A stretch of DNA of 64,000 bases from Neoechinorhynchus agilis (Eukaryota; Animalia; Acanthocephala), in assembly GCA_051530055.1 (NCBI GenBank), contig CM121342.1, forward strand, positions 11,609,480-11,673,479, read 5' to 3'. Positions 25,110-38,300 of this stretch are shown here, piece after piece. A model generated the notes under the pieces. That model was not told where the DNA came from and searched no databases. It was given only the letters and a program-made list of their open reading frames with translations. The position numbers were made by a program, and so were the translations under genes. How positions within the stretch are numbered: position 1 is the stretch's first letter; each line of letters opens with the position of its first letter.

Positions 25110-26680
25110 TTAATACAATCCACTTGCTCGTAAGTTATTCGTAATGATCACGTCCGTTACAGCGTCGAATACAAACTGAACGTTTTCGGTATCTGTGGCA
25201 CATGTCAAATGGCAGTAGATTTCCTTAGATAAAATATGTGAATAGCTGAAGGATAAAGGAAAAGGTACCTTTTCTTCGCTTTTATTCTGCGCTACAAACT
25301 GGGCCTGAATGTATTCAGCCGCTTCTTTAAATTCATCCTTTCCGTGGTATTCCGGAAAGCATTTTCTTTTTTAGAAAGCATTGTTTAACCATAGGAATTC
25401 GGGTTTATAAAATTAACCTTAATGACGATTTGCAGATTTTCTCTTGAAATAAATCTCTTTTGTTCAAGAACAAGATTATCGATGTCTTTATGAACCATTT
25501 ATTATTACAAATGGAATCGAACAAACGCAAGGATTCGTGCATCCGATTTGTAGTTTCATCTTCAACAAGTACCTTTTTGCATATTAGATAATGAAGGAAA
25601 TTATAGGATTGCCGAAAAACTAACCTGATCGTATTCACTTAATGCGACGATAAATATTATTGCTGTTACATCCTCAAAGCAGTGGATCCACTTCTTTCGC
25701 TCAGATCTCTGACCACCAACGTCAAATACTCGAAAGTTGAGGTCTAAATAAGAATTATTAGTATACCGGAATTATATTTAGAAAATTTGTCTTTTCGTAG
25801 GGTAGTTATCAAAGAAGTTCTTTTTTTAAAGTAGTAAAATGGGAGAAAATCATTGTGCGCAAACTATTGACAGCATTAAAGTTAGCAACACCCATTTTTT
25901 ATTTTTAAACCACTAAACTTTATTTAGCCCATTAAAACGTCGTTGCTCGTCGGGTTTGAAAAAGCTTAATAAATACTGAAGACGTTTACCTCGGAAAGTA
26001 AAATTAATTTCGACAATCCCAGTTGTTTTTACTCTTGTTCTCAAAATGTCCTGTACGTTTGGCAAATATCCACTGGATCCGATTTCATCCAATTTATCCA
26101 AGAAGTACTTGGCTGAGTCATTTAGCTGATATTCATTGGCTCTATTGAGAACTATTTGTAGTAGTAATTTTTTGACTTTTGGATGCAAACCTTCCGAAGC
26201 ATTCTTGAACGCCATCATCGGACCACAGATTTTTCATGGCTTCAAGCAACTCGGGCTCAAAAGGCTCAGTGTCCGCCATTCTACTAATTTTATCAATTAC
26301 TAAATTCAACGAATATTTTTTAATTATTTGAACATTTTTTTATTCGACTAACCCATAGCAGCGTCGCGTTCTCGTGCGGCTGCTTTATAGTTAATCCCGA
26401 GACTGCTCATTGCTCTTAGTATAGTCGCGAGCGATTGAATTGTGTTTGAAAAAACAACTTCACGATACTGTTCGAAATCATCTTTCGAATATCCATCCAT
26501 ATGAATAATTTTCATTTGTTTCAAGATTGTACTTTTGCCTGATTCCCCGGCCCCTAATAAAAGTAACTTTACATCCTTTGAAGCCTTTTCCGCATCTTCT
26601 TTAAGCTGTTTGTCTAATTGCTTGCTTCTCTCCATTGCAGTTCGTTCGTCCGAACTGAGCCCGGATGCGCATAGACCCAT
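25110..26680 (-). CDS. GNAO1: Heterotrimeric G protein alpha subunit, Gi/o class (G-alpha-o-like), multi-exon
   Basis: MGLCAS start, [80 protein letters not shown], and C-terminus NNLRASGLY*. Confidence 0.93.
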
Positions 26681-28346
26681 CTTTAATTTCAAGCCTGAAA
26701 TTGAAGAAAATAAGATTTTGCGTGATTTAAACTCGCACACAAATCGAATGTTTTCCATTTGATTATTATACGTTTTCTATTTTTTCTATCTTTTTAACAC
26801 TTTAGCCCTACAATTTCAGAACTGGACGTTGCATTCGTCCACGAACCACTCAAAAAAATTCGTTATAGTCACGGGTATTGCGAGTAGGAGAGAGTTACAG
26901 AGTAACTGAGGGCGTCTATTTACTCGCTTCACGACAACCATTTACACTTCATGTGTATTTTTGAAAGACGCAAATCAATTTTCCTACTTTGCATTCAAGT
27001 TTAATTTCCCCTTTCTTAAATCACACCACGGCAGCTTTTAAAAAGTCCACACAAATAACCTACTTGGCATTTTGGTATGAATTGAACGAAATTATAGCGT
27101 TGCTCGGTGCGAGTAACGCAAAGGAAACTCACTTATTAGAGTAGGAACGCGTGACTTTATCGATTTGCGCCTGTGGAATCTACTTAAAAAAGTGACTATG
27201 GCGTGTTTGCGGCGGCTGTACCCTCCGCAAACCCCTCCATTCTATTTCCTATTGAACATGATAAGGTTTTTTGTGCCCAAAGATGATGGTCCTATTGCCA
27301 AGGTACATTATCTAGGAAGCAAAACACGATTGCTTCAGTAGTCATTAGGCTTGAAAACAAGTCGCTTCTTTTTTCGGTTGGTTACCCTTTTTCCTTCGTC
27401 AAGAGATTGTGTGATAATAAAATGTACCTTTTTTCAGTGTGGTTATTACTTTTGGTATACAATATAGTTATTAACAGAAGAAGTAGAAGGACATCAGACG
27501 GAGAAACTGGATTTTTTCTCACTGATGTTTGCGTTATGCAGGTGTTTCTCTTTTTCTCTAGGAATAGTCGAGGATATTGACTTGTTTCTTGGTAGTGGAG
27601 TAGACGCATGGGAATCCACACCCTAACAACAAGACACGGAGCATGCACTAGACAATACCAATGGCAAGAAGCATTCGTCGATCTATATCTTCTCACAAGC
27701 TCTCTCTCCTTGGAACAAAAAAATTAATGTGTTTGCATGGTGTGCCAAGACGACTTAGTTTTTTTGAAAGACTTGTTGCACAAACGCTGAGACGTAGGAG
27801 AAACGGTTATGCTTCCACATGCAAACACACACAAAACTAGGAGTTGCCATGCCGGGGGATTTAGTCGATATACGGGAAGTCGGTGCAAACTGTCAATGAT
27901 TGCAGAAAAGCGGAAACGCTTTTTCGTTTAGGAAATCAGTCTTGGAAAAAAAGACGCCTTGCTGAATTTATGCCACGTCGGCTTAGTGTGATTAAGATAT
28001 GATTTATAACCTAGCTCCAGAGAGAACATGGAGACCTTTGTGCTTTTATTTAGGCACAATGCCATTAACTCATCTGTTTCTCTTCTTCACACACAACGAA
28101 ACGGTCGTGTGCCATTTGCCTGCCAAAGTGCTACAAATATCACTTTATATACCATAATGATTGTCATTTGATTTCTTTGAAAAACGTAAAGAAAACGAAG
28201 CAACAATAATTGTTTAATTGAATCGAAACTAGACTTTGACTTTCATAATTTTTCCCATGAATAAATGTTAGTGATTAACTTCTAGCAACTCTGGTAGTTT
28301 TTCAAGTAAAAGATTTATTATTTGAAGGTTGAACCATTCATGTTTA

Positions 28347-28513
28347 TTTATGGCGTAAAAATTAAAACAGTTTTATTGAATCCGATTGTTCTCGGGGGCA
28401 CAATGCGTTTATCAAGATTGTTTTGCAAGTGTTTTATTCGCACTTGAATCAAAAGCACAAGATTGTGTCGAAATTTCGGAATCAATAAATTCTTTTAATT
28501 TTTACGCCATAAA
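28347..28513. repeat. Family B inverted-repeat element (two ~70-bp arms), each arm with a decayed HHR-like motif
   Basis: Termini tttatggcgtaaaaattaaaa / ttttaatttttacgccataaa. The right arm contains GCAC AAGATT GTGTC GAAA TTTC; the left arm on the - strand contains TTGATAA A. Confidence 0.8.
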
Positions 28514-28560
28514 CAACTTTTTATTACATTCAGGTATGTTGAAAAGATAATTCATTGTTA

Positions 28561-28772
28561 TTTGTTGATAGGAGAGATAAATGAAATTAAGATTTTATTG
28601 GATATTTCGATCCACTATCTCGGATCTTCTTCAGCGATTGCTTGTAAGTTTTTAAATATGTGCTAGCTAACACATATTTAAAAGCTTACAAGCAATCGAT
28701 GAAGAAGGTCTGAGATAGTGGATCGAAATATCCAATAAAATCTTAATTTCATTTATCTCTCCTATCAACAAA
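28561..28772. repeat. Near-perfect 212-bp palindrome (~103-bp arms)
   Basis: tttgttgataggagag...aaatatgtg pairs with cacatattt...ctctcctatcaacaaa, with only four substitutions seen. A 12-bp direct repeat acattcaggtat flanks it at 28526-28537 and 28772-28783. Confidence 0.92.
28595..28640 (-). ncRNA. Type I short-stem-III hammerhead ribozyme candidate
   Basis: The - strand reads caatcg CTGAAGA A GATCCG AGATAG TGGATC GAA ATAT C caat. Both conserved core halves are present, stem II has 5 WC + 1 GU pairs, and the AUC site would cleave between 28601 and 28600. Stem I is weak. Confidence 0.7.
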
Positions 28773-29109
28773 CATTCAGGTATATCGCCAGTACTACTCT
28801 CGAATGTAGCCAATTCACTGTAATCTTTAGGACCTAACACCGATGCGTTTTTAATGCACCATAATATACAATTATCCTGTTATAAAGTTATTATCGATAA
28901 ATTGTTTTTAATCAACGCGAAATAAAGAAAAATGATTTCTCATTTTAATTTAATATATAGCCATCTATGCGTGGGACTTCTTCAGAATTGCAAAGGTGTT
29001 TTTTTGAATAAAACAATTAAATGATTCATAACAAGCCTACGTACAGGGCGAAATATTAAATTAAATCATTTTTGTTTGTTTATGACGGAAAAGTTAAAGG
29101 AGTTTTTCT

Positions 29110-29151
29110 AAATCCGATATTTCGGCACAATCTTGTGACTTTATCAAGATT
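29110..29151 (-). ncRNA. Type I short-stem-III hammerhead candidate with a U3-A8 core (family B)
   Basis: The - strand reads aatc TTGATAA A GTCAC AAGATT GTGCC GAA ATAT C GGATTT. One stem II mismatch; the copy at 2186 has the paired GGCAC/GTGCC. Confidence 0.65.
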
Positions 29152-29531
29152 GTTTGCTGAAGAAAATTCAAGAAAGCTTTGTCATAAAAAACACGAATAA
29201 TTCAATCTTTGAAACATAAATAATTTTTCTTTATTTCGCCTGACCAAAACTATTTACCATTCAATTCGATAAATGCCATTGCTCGCTTTGATAATCAGTG
29301 ATGCTGCAGCTTTATTAGTTCAACAAAACTATTGATAAACATAGGTGTTTTGGCCCATTTAGCACAGAGATTCAGTCGATATCAAATATAGGTTACCGGC
29401 ATGTGATGAAAGTATTTTTTCTGTTCACAAAGCCTTGGACAAATATGAAAAGATAGACTCATCAATGTTCGAATAAATGCGATCTTGTCGAACTACATTG
29501 GTCTCACTCGATCTCTCACTCAATGAAAAAC

Positions 29532-31324
29532 CTATCGTCTTGGAGGAACTTCGACTTTCAACATTCCATCTCCATCCAAATGAGCTTTCAATTCGTCCAC
29601 GTTGACCCAATCGGGCAATTTATATTTTCTGACATACTCCGCACTGGCCAGATCTCGAGATTGATGAGAAGTTTCATTCATTGTTTGCGGATGTTGATAA
29701 GATGAGCTAGTTCTCATAGTGGACTCTGCGTTCTTTTTTGCCTTAACTTCGAGCATATTGTCATTGACTCTAACGCTCACTTCAGTGGGTAAGTATCCTT
29801 TAAGGTCGTATGACAATTTCAGTGGTTCTCGTGGTCCACTTTTGTATCGCTCTTGAAGTACCACAGGGGGCGAAGATGTTGGTATGGTATGAAGAGTACT
29901 CCTTCCTACTGCTACTCCCTGTGCTCCATCAGGCAAATCAATAGACAAAATACCGTCGGAACTAAAGCAACTTCTTATTGCGGCAGTGTCGATGCCACAG
30001 GGCAGCTCGATTTCTCGTCTAAATTCGCGATACGTTTTACCGGAACTATCCTGATCAGATCGAAGTGCATGAATGGTCATTAGATTGTTATCGTCCACCT
30101 TTATTGAAATATTTTCTGGCTTGTACTCCCTTAGGTCAAACTCGTATTTCTTTTGCGAAGCTGGAAATGTCTGAGTAGGTGGCTGCGGAGTAAACGAACT
30201 TGTTTGAGGACTGTAGCCAGGTTGAATCGCGGTATGAGAAGAAGATCCATGAAAGTCTCCGATTGCACGGGTTCTATCCGAAGACCATTTAGCTTTGTGA
30301 TCGATTTTCATAAGCTCAAAGAAGAAAAATACGACAAAGTAAATCAAACTCTTAAAATTGCGATTCACAAATAGTAATTTTTCAAATTAGACGCTCGCAA
30401 TACTACAACCAATAAAAAGACAACTGACAATGAATCTAGTTTTGTTAGGAAACAAATGTGACGCCCATTCATTATATTTACTCCCTGAGTTTGACAGCAT
30501 TGCATTTCGTGATATTTTCAATTGTCTATTCATTATCGGCGATAGCTGTAAATGTAGAATAAGTTTAGAAGAAAGCCGCACCCGTAAGCCAAATGCGTGT
30601 ATCGATCTCAAATTTAACCCGCTCATCATACGGACTACTAGTGGTGACATAACCAGCGGAGGATCCATGTCCGATTGATCTGAATTTTTCTAATATTACT
30701 GGCGCCTCAACAACCAGCGACCCATCTGATTGCTGATAAGACGTAACATATCGGTTATCAACAAAATCAGGTAGTGTTAGTTCACGATTGAACTGCTTTG
30801 TTTCGGTCGCTGAACCTTGTACTATTCTCTTTTCACCTTTAACCACGAGAATTCGTCCATCGGTTCTTACAGAAAGTTCGTTCGGTTTAAAGTCATTAAT
30901 GTCAAACTGAATTTTGTAGCGCCTAGAACCGTCCATGTTTTCTTCAACGAATGTCTTATAGTTTGAACCTGCTCGATGTCCAGAAGTGGGAAACCTCGAC
31001 GAAGATGGGAAATCAAGAGAATGAAAATCTGAGCTAGGGAACTCCGGGAAATCAAGACTCATTCTAGGTCGATCCCCAATACTCGTATTTCTGCCAACTC
31101 GCGATTCACGGAAAAACCGTTCACGCCATTGTCGACACTCTTCTTCAAAGTCGCGCATTCTTTGACTAATTTTATCTTCGAATCCACCAGCGAAATCAGT
31201 TCTGCTAACAATAAGTAAGGTTCTTTGCACAGTATAGCTTCGAAACAAACCTTCGAGTGTCGATGCCGCCTGCTTGGTTAGTTGAAGGGTTCACTGAGAC
31301 GGGAATTGGTACTCGAGTGTCCAT
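29532..31324 (-). CDS. Small heat-shock protein with three alpha-crystallin domains (p40/major egg antigen-like); single-gene model probable
   Basis: ACD1 KIQFDINDFKPNELSV...SDGSLVVEAP; ACD2 KYEFDLREYKPENISI...SSDGILSIDLP; ACD3 KLSYDLKGYLPTEVSV...DGDGMLKVEVP. Start MDTRVPIPV at 31324 followed by a short intron. Confidence 0.8.
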
Positions 31325-34300
31325 TGACGCTATGGCGAGTGTCTGAAATGTCTACGTTGGTTTATATTTGAGAGCATAAGTCAGACAAGGGTTAATAGCA
31401 GGGAATTCTGTTATTCATGTGAGTAGTTCTCCCGATCGTATTTGTGGCGTGTTCCGGCGTTCACGTGTTGGCAAAATGAGACGGTTGGGAAATGCTTGAC
31501 GACAAGCGCCGCCATAAGTGTTCGAAGAATGATAGTGCTGCTGCTGGTGGTAGAGCGATGTAGAGTGCAGAAAAAAGAGGGCAGGCGACGGTGGCAGTGC
31601 AGTAGGCAAGATACAAGAAATAGCAAACGGAGGAGAAAAGCGAAAGGAATATCAACCTTTTGACATTATCACTTGAGAAACTCGTTTGGCGATGATTGTC
31701 CGGTTGGATAGGGAAAGTGAATGTCAAAACATAAACGGCATTCACAAAAAAGAAGAAGATTGCGCTCATGAGTGAACGGGATACACGAGAATGAAAGTCG
31801 TGTGCGTTTCTCTTAAAGAAAACCCGAATCCGTTGTATGCGTGTGAAAAGTGCTCATCCACACGTTTAGACGAGAATATGCGACAAACGTACAGCATAAC
31901 AACCCCGTCGAACACACCTAAAACTCTCTTATTTACCCACTCACGTTGCTTTTATGGCCACTAGGCTTAAACGTAAACATTTCGAGACGAAGAATGGGTT
32001 TCTTTGCTTAGAGAAAACCAATGATACATTGAGCAATTTTACACGCACCGAAACACGCACTGAAAATAGAGAAGATTCGTAGGTTGCTAGTGCCGCCGCC
32101 GCCGGCAGCACATGAGTTCCGCTGACGAATCAGATGAGGAAATGTGGTGCCGAAAACGACGAAACTCATTGTTTTTTTTCGCATATCAGACTCCACATTA
32201 TGCGCAAGAAATTCAAATGAGTCAAAGCTCAAAACGTGGATTTTCTTTTTATTCAGTTCCAAATAAAGTGATTACTCAACTTTGGCTTATGGGTGCGCAT
32301 TGTGATCAATGGTGTAGAAATATTCCTGCTTTGAAATCTTAAAAAAATACTTAAATATTATTTGAGCAGTTCGTGTTTTTTTCGTGCAAATGCTTAAAAT
32401 TAGTTGGCGATTAAAAGTGAACTACGAGGGTTGGGGTGCCATTTGGGGGTCAGGGGATTCCGCTCTTTGGACCGCCGAATAGGGAATGCGAGCACAGGAG
32501 TAAGATTTTCCTCAGAGGACAAACGTTACTTTTTAGCCAGCTAACGCCGCCAGCAGTATTATGGACATGACTATCAGCGAGCTAAATTATGATCGATGCT
32601 ATGACGAGTATAGTTAATTTTATGAGAATAAACTTTAATCCTAGCAAAAAGCATGAGACAACAAATTTGTGGCTTGCGTAATAAACGAGTTGGCATCTTT
32701 GCAGTATTAGTAGATCCTTTCAATATGTGGTTTTTGTTCTAAGGCCCTAAAAAGTAGCTAAGAACAAAATGGCATTCGTATATGCCTACTAGGTGATGGA
32801 ATGCATTAGCAAAAAATATGGAGAACTGATGTGTGCTTATTGAGATTCCCGCAAATTCACTACCGTAATGCAAAAAGATTGTCGGTTTCAAACAATTTAA
32901 CTCGTTTATGGTCCACCGGCCGTAACTTTTTCATAGTTCGTTCGGATTTCATTCGAAAACTGGGATGTACAGAGCTTCTAATTGCGTTCCTAACATACTC
33001 TTTATCGGTTAATATAACGAGATTGTACTGACTTTCAGCTATTGAGTCTAAATGGCCAACTCAAACTTTAGCTCTATGGGGAATTATAAATTAGAGCTTC
33101 CCAGTTGTATTTTACACCTCGCTGCAAATGAATTGACAAGAGAATAATGTGAAACTTAATTTTATAGTTGATAGACGAGTGATAAAATATCAATAGAAAA
33201 ATGTATTCGAATGAGTTTAGATTGACAAAATTATCTATAAGGCTAAATTAGAGCAAAAAACTCTTATACATTACCAATCACTAGATGATATACAAAGATT
33301 CTGGTAGATGAATGTGGTTGCTAAAAACCTGAAAAATTCAATATTAGAGAAATCAATGATCGTTGTATTAAGATTTTTGCGCTCTCTTATGGGATCTCGA
33401 AACTTCCGTCCAGATCTTAAAACAACCACTGTTTTTTAATTGAGAACAATATTGACTTAGTGTATTAAACAACTACCAATCACCTTCGGTTAATCTCAAT
33501 CGAAAGATATACTTATCGCGTCCCCATTTCTTGATTGTATCGAAGAATATTGTCTATGGTTGCAAGCAATATTCAGATCGGTATTGCCGGTATGCAGACT
33601 TTTTCCAGTGTTCCATCCAAGCGTTCGTTGCCCGCATTAATGAAAGTATGTGATAGCAAATCACATCTCTGTCAGTTATGGGTGAATTACAATGATCAAA
33701 CCCAGTCTCCTTATAGATTCCATAAAAACCAGGTATTCGTAATGTCAAGAACCGTTTAGGCATCAAATGTTCTTAGGAACTCTGCTTCGGTTATTAATCT
33801 TAATACTGATTTTAATTGTACGTTGGCGAATCCTGTCCCCGGTGTTGCCGTTATTCATTTATTTGTGAAATATTTCGCAAGGTTTTCCTTGCCTCTTCAG
33901 TCGCTATTGTTTGTAAGTGCATGATATTTTGATCTTGGACTCGGCATAAGGAAAGAAGACTGGACAATTCGAAATTTTAATGTTTTGAATGCCCACTCAA
34001 TTCTTTAGACATCGTCAATCCTTTTAACATACAGTGGAACGTCGATTATCCGGCTCACAATGATGTCTTACTCAACTTCTGTTGCTATAAGGGAATCAGA
34101 AGTCTTGTAGAGAAAAAGCGAACCTATGCAATTGTATAGAGGTCAAATTAAGTGTTTTATTTTCAACTGATACATTTTAAAGGAGAGAAGCTTCAATTTT
34201 GCGGGCGGTGGTGATTGCACGTTTTGTACTTTATTATTGTAAAACCTAGAAAAAATGTTTTTGTTAAAAAAAACAAAAAAAATAATTTATTTTCATCAAT

Positions 34301-35364
34301 AAAGCTACAATTATGTAATTTTCTTCCCTTGTTATGCTTTTTTAAACAACTTCCATCGACATGTTAAGAACTTTGATATCTGCAGTCCAGCTTTAAAAAC
34401 TGGATGCATCACATTGGTTTTGGGTATTTCCGAAAAAAATCTCGTATCTGAATAATGTTCGGTCCTAATTAATTCGCGGATAAACGACGTTCTACTGCAT
34501 TTGTTTCCAATTAACCAGCGGATCTTTCAATTTCTGTCCAATGTGTGCATTACCGAAGATGTCTTTTGTCAGCCCTCTATTCGAGCTTACAATTGCTAAA
34601 AAAAATTAGATACACATAAGTAAGCATTATTTCATTGTAACGAGATTTAGATTATAAAAGAAGACATGCTTTGTGGCTACGCTTTAGTTTTCAAGGCCAC
34701 TAATGTGTTGTTTTTTCAGTATTAATCGACAATTGATTTGGAAAGCTATCCAAGAGTCATTTGAGTATATTAAATGCGTTTGTGAAAGCCCGCTGGATTG
34801 TGTTTTTTGTTCTTTATGTGCTTTGCTAAGATTCATATTGGTTATTGAGCACAATAAATAAAAAGAAGGTCATTCAAGCAAGTTCTCGATTTCAGCCATG
34901 CAAATATCAGATTGCTTCTTTTTTCCCAAAGTGTGCTTTTGACATATAATCTTCTAGATGAAGTAATAACACTCCTTGCAAGATGCTTTTAGTTAAGTAG
35001 TGCCGTTTTAGATCAAGTTCCCCCCGAGTGGGCGGTAAATTTTGCGAGCATCGTTCGAGTGCCTGTTTCAACTAATTTTTTGATGAACATGTTCCCACGC
35101 TAACCGTCAACAGTGTCGATTGACTCATCAGAAAACCGTGAAGCAAGGCGGCACGAGTAGAAATGAATCATAAATGCGTGCGTTCGAGTTGTGTGTGGAG
35201 CAAGTCACCTCCATTTTTACCGTTTCGAAACAGTTTTGAACGTGTCTGGTGTGAGAAGTTGTTGTCGGTGACAATTGAGCATTCGTGTGCAGTCTACAGA
35301 ATCTTAGAAGAGTAAAGATAAGCAACCATATAGACCTAAAGTGAGTTTTATTTCTCCACAAATA

Positions 35365-38300
35365 ATGAGAGTAAGTTTTTCTTTATATTATGTTAAAAAA
35401 GGATGTTTTATTTAGAAACACAAGTACGGAAAAAAACCTATATCGATCTCACAACCGTTCAATGCTGTCAATAAAGTTCATGTAACTTACGATGCCCAAA
35501 ACAAGTGCCTCAAAGGATTGCCCAGGGAATGGGAAGAGCAGGTCAATGATTGCCTCAGGTAATGTGAGTGAGGGCGTCGTCGGTTACGGAGTTTGTCTCG
35601 CCTACTTGCAAGACTAGTCATCAGCCTGAGCTAACTGAGGAAATGAATATCGTCTGGAACGTTCTTCAGACTTTGTGCTCTGTGTGCGGGGTTGGAAGGG
35701 TCGTCGGAGACATACTTACCTTTGAGCTGAAACTAGCAGATAGTTTCTCTTATCGTCCGGTTAAATGTTTTTTTTAGTAAATCAGAGATTAATTGCAACG
35801 TCGACACTTTGATAGGAGTTGCAAAATTCTTAAATAACTCAATGAAAATTGCTCAGAAAGGAGGTGAGACAATTTTTCAGACAAATGGTTTTTATGAAAT
35901 GAACGAATAGGTCGCCCAAAGACAATGAAGATCGACGACGGTACCGGAGGAAATAGTATCTCTGGCTCATTATCGGATGACGAAATTTGTACTGATGAGG
36001 AAAGGTATGTGAATGATTCGCTGTAATTTCAATTGGCATGAATTGTTTTCCGCGAAAAAAAACGCATTGTGGCAAATGCGGAAACATTCCAAAACTGTGT
36101 CAGTTTCGTTTCCTTAAAAGAAGGATTGCTAATCTAAGCATAATTCTAAGAAATGGAGCTAAATCAACTTTTTATTATCAACATGTATATTTAAAAATTC
36201 GATGAACCATCGATCTTTGAAAAAATCTAGTTTTAATTATGTTGAGGCATTAATAGGTTTTAGCCTTTTGAAATTCAGGTTTTGCTGATTGTCAAATGAG
36301 GTAATAATTGAAGTAATTAATTTCCTGTACGAATCCTCGCGCTTCATTTGACCCGAAATTTTTCTGTCGCTAAAATAACTGTAGTGAATTTAATTTATGC
36401 AAAAGTAAAGATTGAAGGTAGGCGATATTTACATCCATGTTCGTATTGGGCGAACATTTAACAACATTTTTTAAAAGACTTGTTTTTCTTTTGGTCACTT
36501 CATTTGGTATGGTGCATTCTTTTTTAAGAAGATAACGTGACAAATATGAATGCAATCTCGTTTGTAAATATTAATTGCTCGTAGGCACTTTCTTGATTCT
36601 GGAAACGAGAACTATCTAACCGTTTTAATAGAACCTTTCAATGTGTTTTAGAAGACGAAGACGCATAAAAACGGCCATATTCTATCAGAATGCATATTCC
36701 GTCATTCCAGTCTTACTCAAATCACAGCACTCACTGCCGTCACCTCTTTAGGAACGCAGAACAATCCAAATCAGGCCCGCATGCCGCTGCTGGTAAGTTT
36801 TGGTAGCAATAACGCAAAAATCCAGACATAATCGAAGAATTGGGATGATGAGTTTTCTTTAATAAGTATATACCGAATCCCACTTTTCTGTTGCAAGAAG
36901 TTCTCTAATACTATGATTCAGATTAAGATCAATCGTAGGTAGATTTAGTTTTACGGTTATATTTTCTTCTGCTAGATTTAAAAATCATGATTCACAATCA
37001 CCGCTTCTTTAGGACCAATAAAATTACAGAACAAATCAATCGTGAAGCATGCCAACAGGAAACAATTGAACATAAATCCCGATAACGATAAACTTGTAAG
37101 AAAACATGCTTGTACGCCGTACACAGCTCGATCTATGCTTTAGCACTTGAAAGCAGCAGATCAATCTACAAATAATGAACAAATGATCTTAAAATCGTCA
37201 AAAGAGAAGCCAAATTTTACAGCTAATGCTCCTGTACTTAATGATGATACGACACATAATCCAATGGTTCTTCTCATGGGCAATACGTTTTGAAAGAATT
37301 TTGCGATAATTTTTGAGGGACTGAATAAAATTTGCAGATGTCGAAACCTTGGCCATTCTGTGGATCGGTTTCGACGAGTAATTGATGATCTATCTCTCTT
37401 GTTGTTTAGTAGTTCACCATCAGTACGAATGATATTTTCGGTAATATTGAAAATAGATTGTGTTTAAAAGTTGATTAAGAACGCAAACTACCAAATATTT
37501 GCAGAAAATTGAATCTGATTAGAACAGAGTGGTGAAAAAATTAAAATATATAATTGAGTAGGAAATTGCATTTTCCCCTTAAAGCATGCCATTCGCCAAC
37601 ATAAAGCAAATATGCACATAAAGCTATTGAAAATTTCATTTAGCTCTTAAGGGTGTTGATACTCTTGGATCCTTATTATTTTAAACAGAAAAGATTTTTT
37701 TTGAGACGATGAATCGAATTAAAAAAACGAGGCGACGCATTTTGCAAAGGTTGGTTTTTATATCTTAGTTTTTGCTGCATAATTTTCTACTTTCAATTAA
37801 GTCTTTCCATATTTTTGCGATAAGCTCATGCCAACATTGACATATAAGGTCTTTTAACTGTAGTTCTTTTGGAATGTCGGATTTCTATAAATGTGTTAGG
37901 ATGTAGTAGACCTACTTAACGTAATTCTATAAAATGATTCTTGAGCCAATGGGTTGATGCGTAGCACCACCTTCTTTGTACCATTGATGAAAGGACCATT
38001 GGTATAAGCGAGCCGTAAAAAAGGTAAAGATGTCATTTGCCGAAGCTGCAGAGCAAATAAGTAAGCTGAATAGGGAATTGAAGAGTTTTGTGATACAATT
38101 GGGTTTTAGAAAAAATGTCTGTTGACCCTGATGCGCTGGAAAATTATGAGCTACATGAGAAAGTCGGCAGTGGAGCGGCTGGCGAAGTTTATTTGGCGAC
38201 GAATAAAACCACAAAGGAAAAGGTTGCAATCAAGCAAATAAATCTGGATCGACAAAATCGACGCGAGCTAATAATAAGTGAAATTATGGTGATGAAGGAT

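Noticed and set aside
29157-29185. CTGAAGA...GAAAGCT hammerhead
   Set aside because: There is no pairable stem II between the two core halves.
31411-31769. Neuropeptide-like precursor upstream of the sHSP
   Set aside because: A hydrophobic start and a KR site are present, but there is no consistent splice model or repeated peptide motif.
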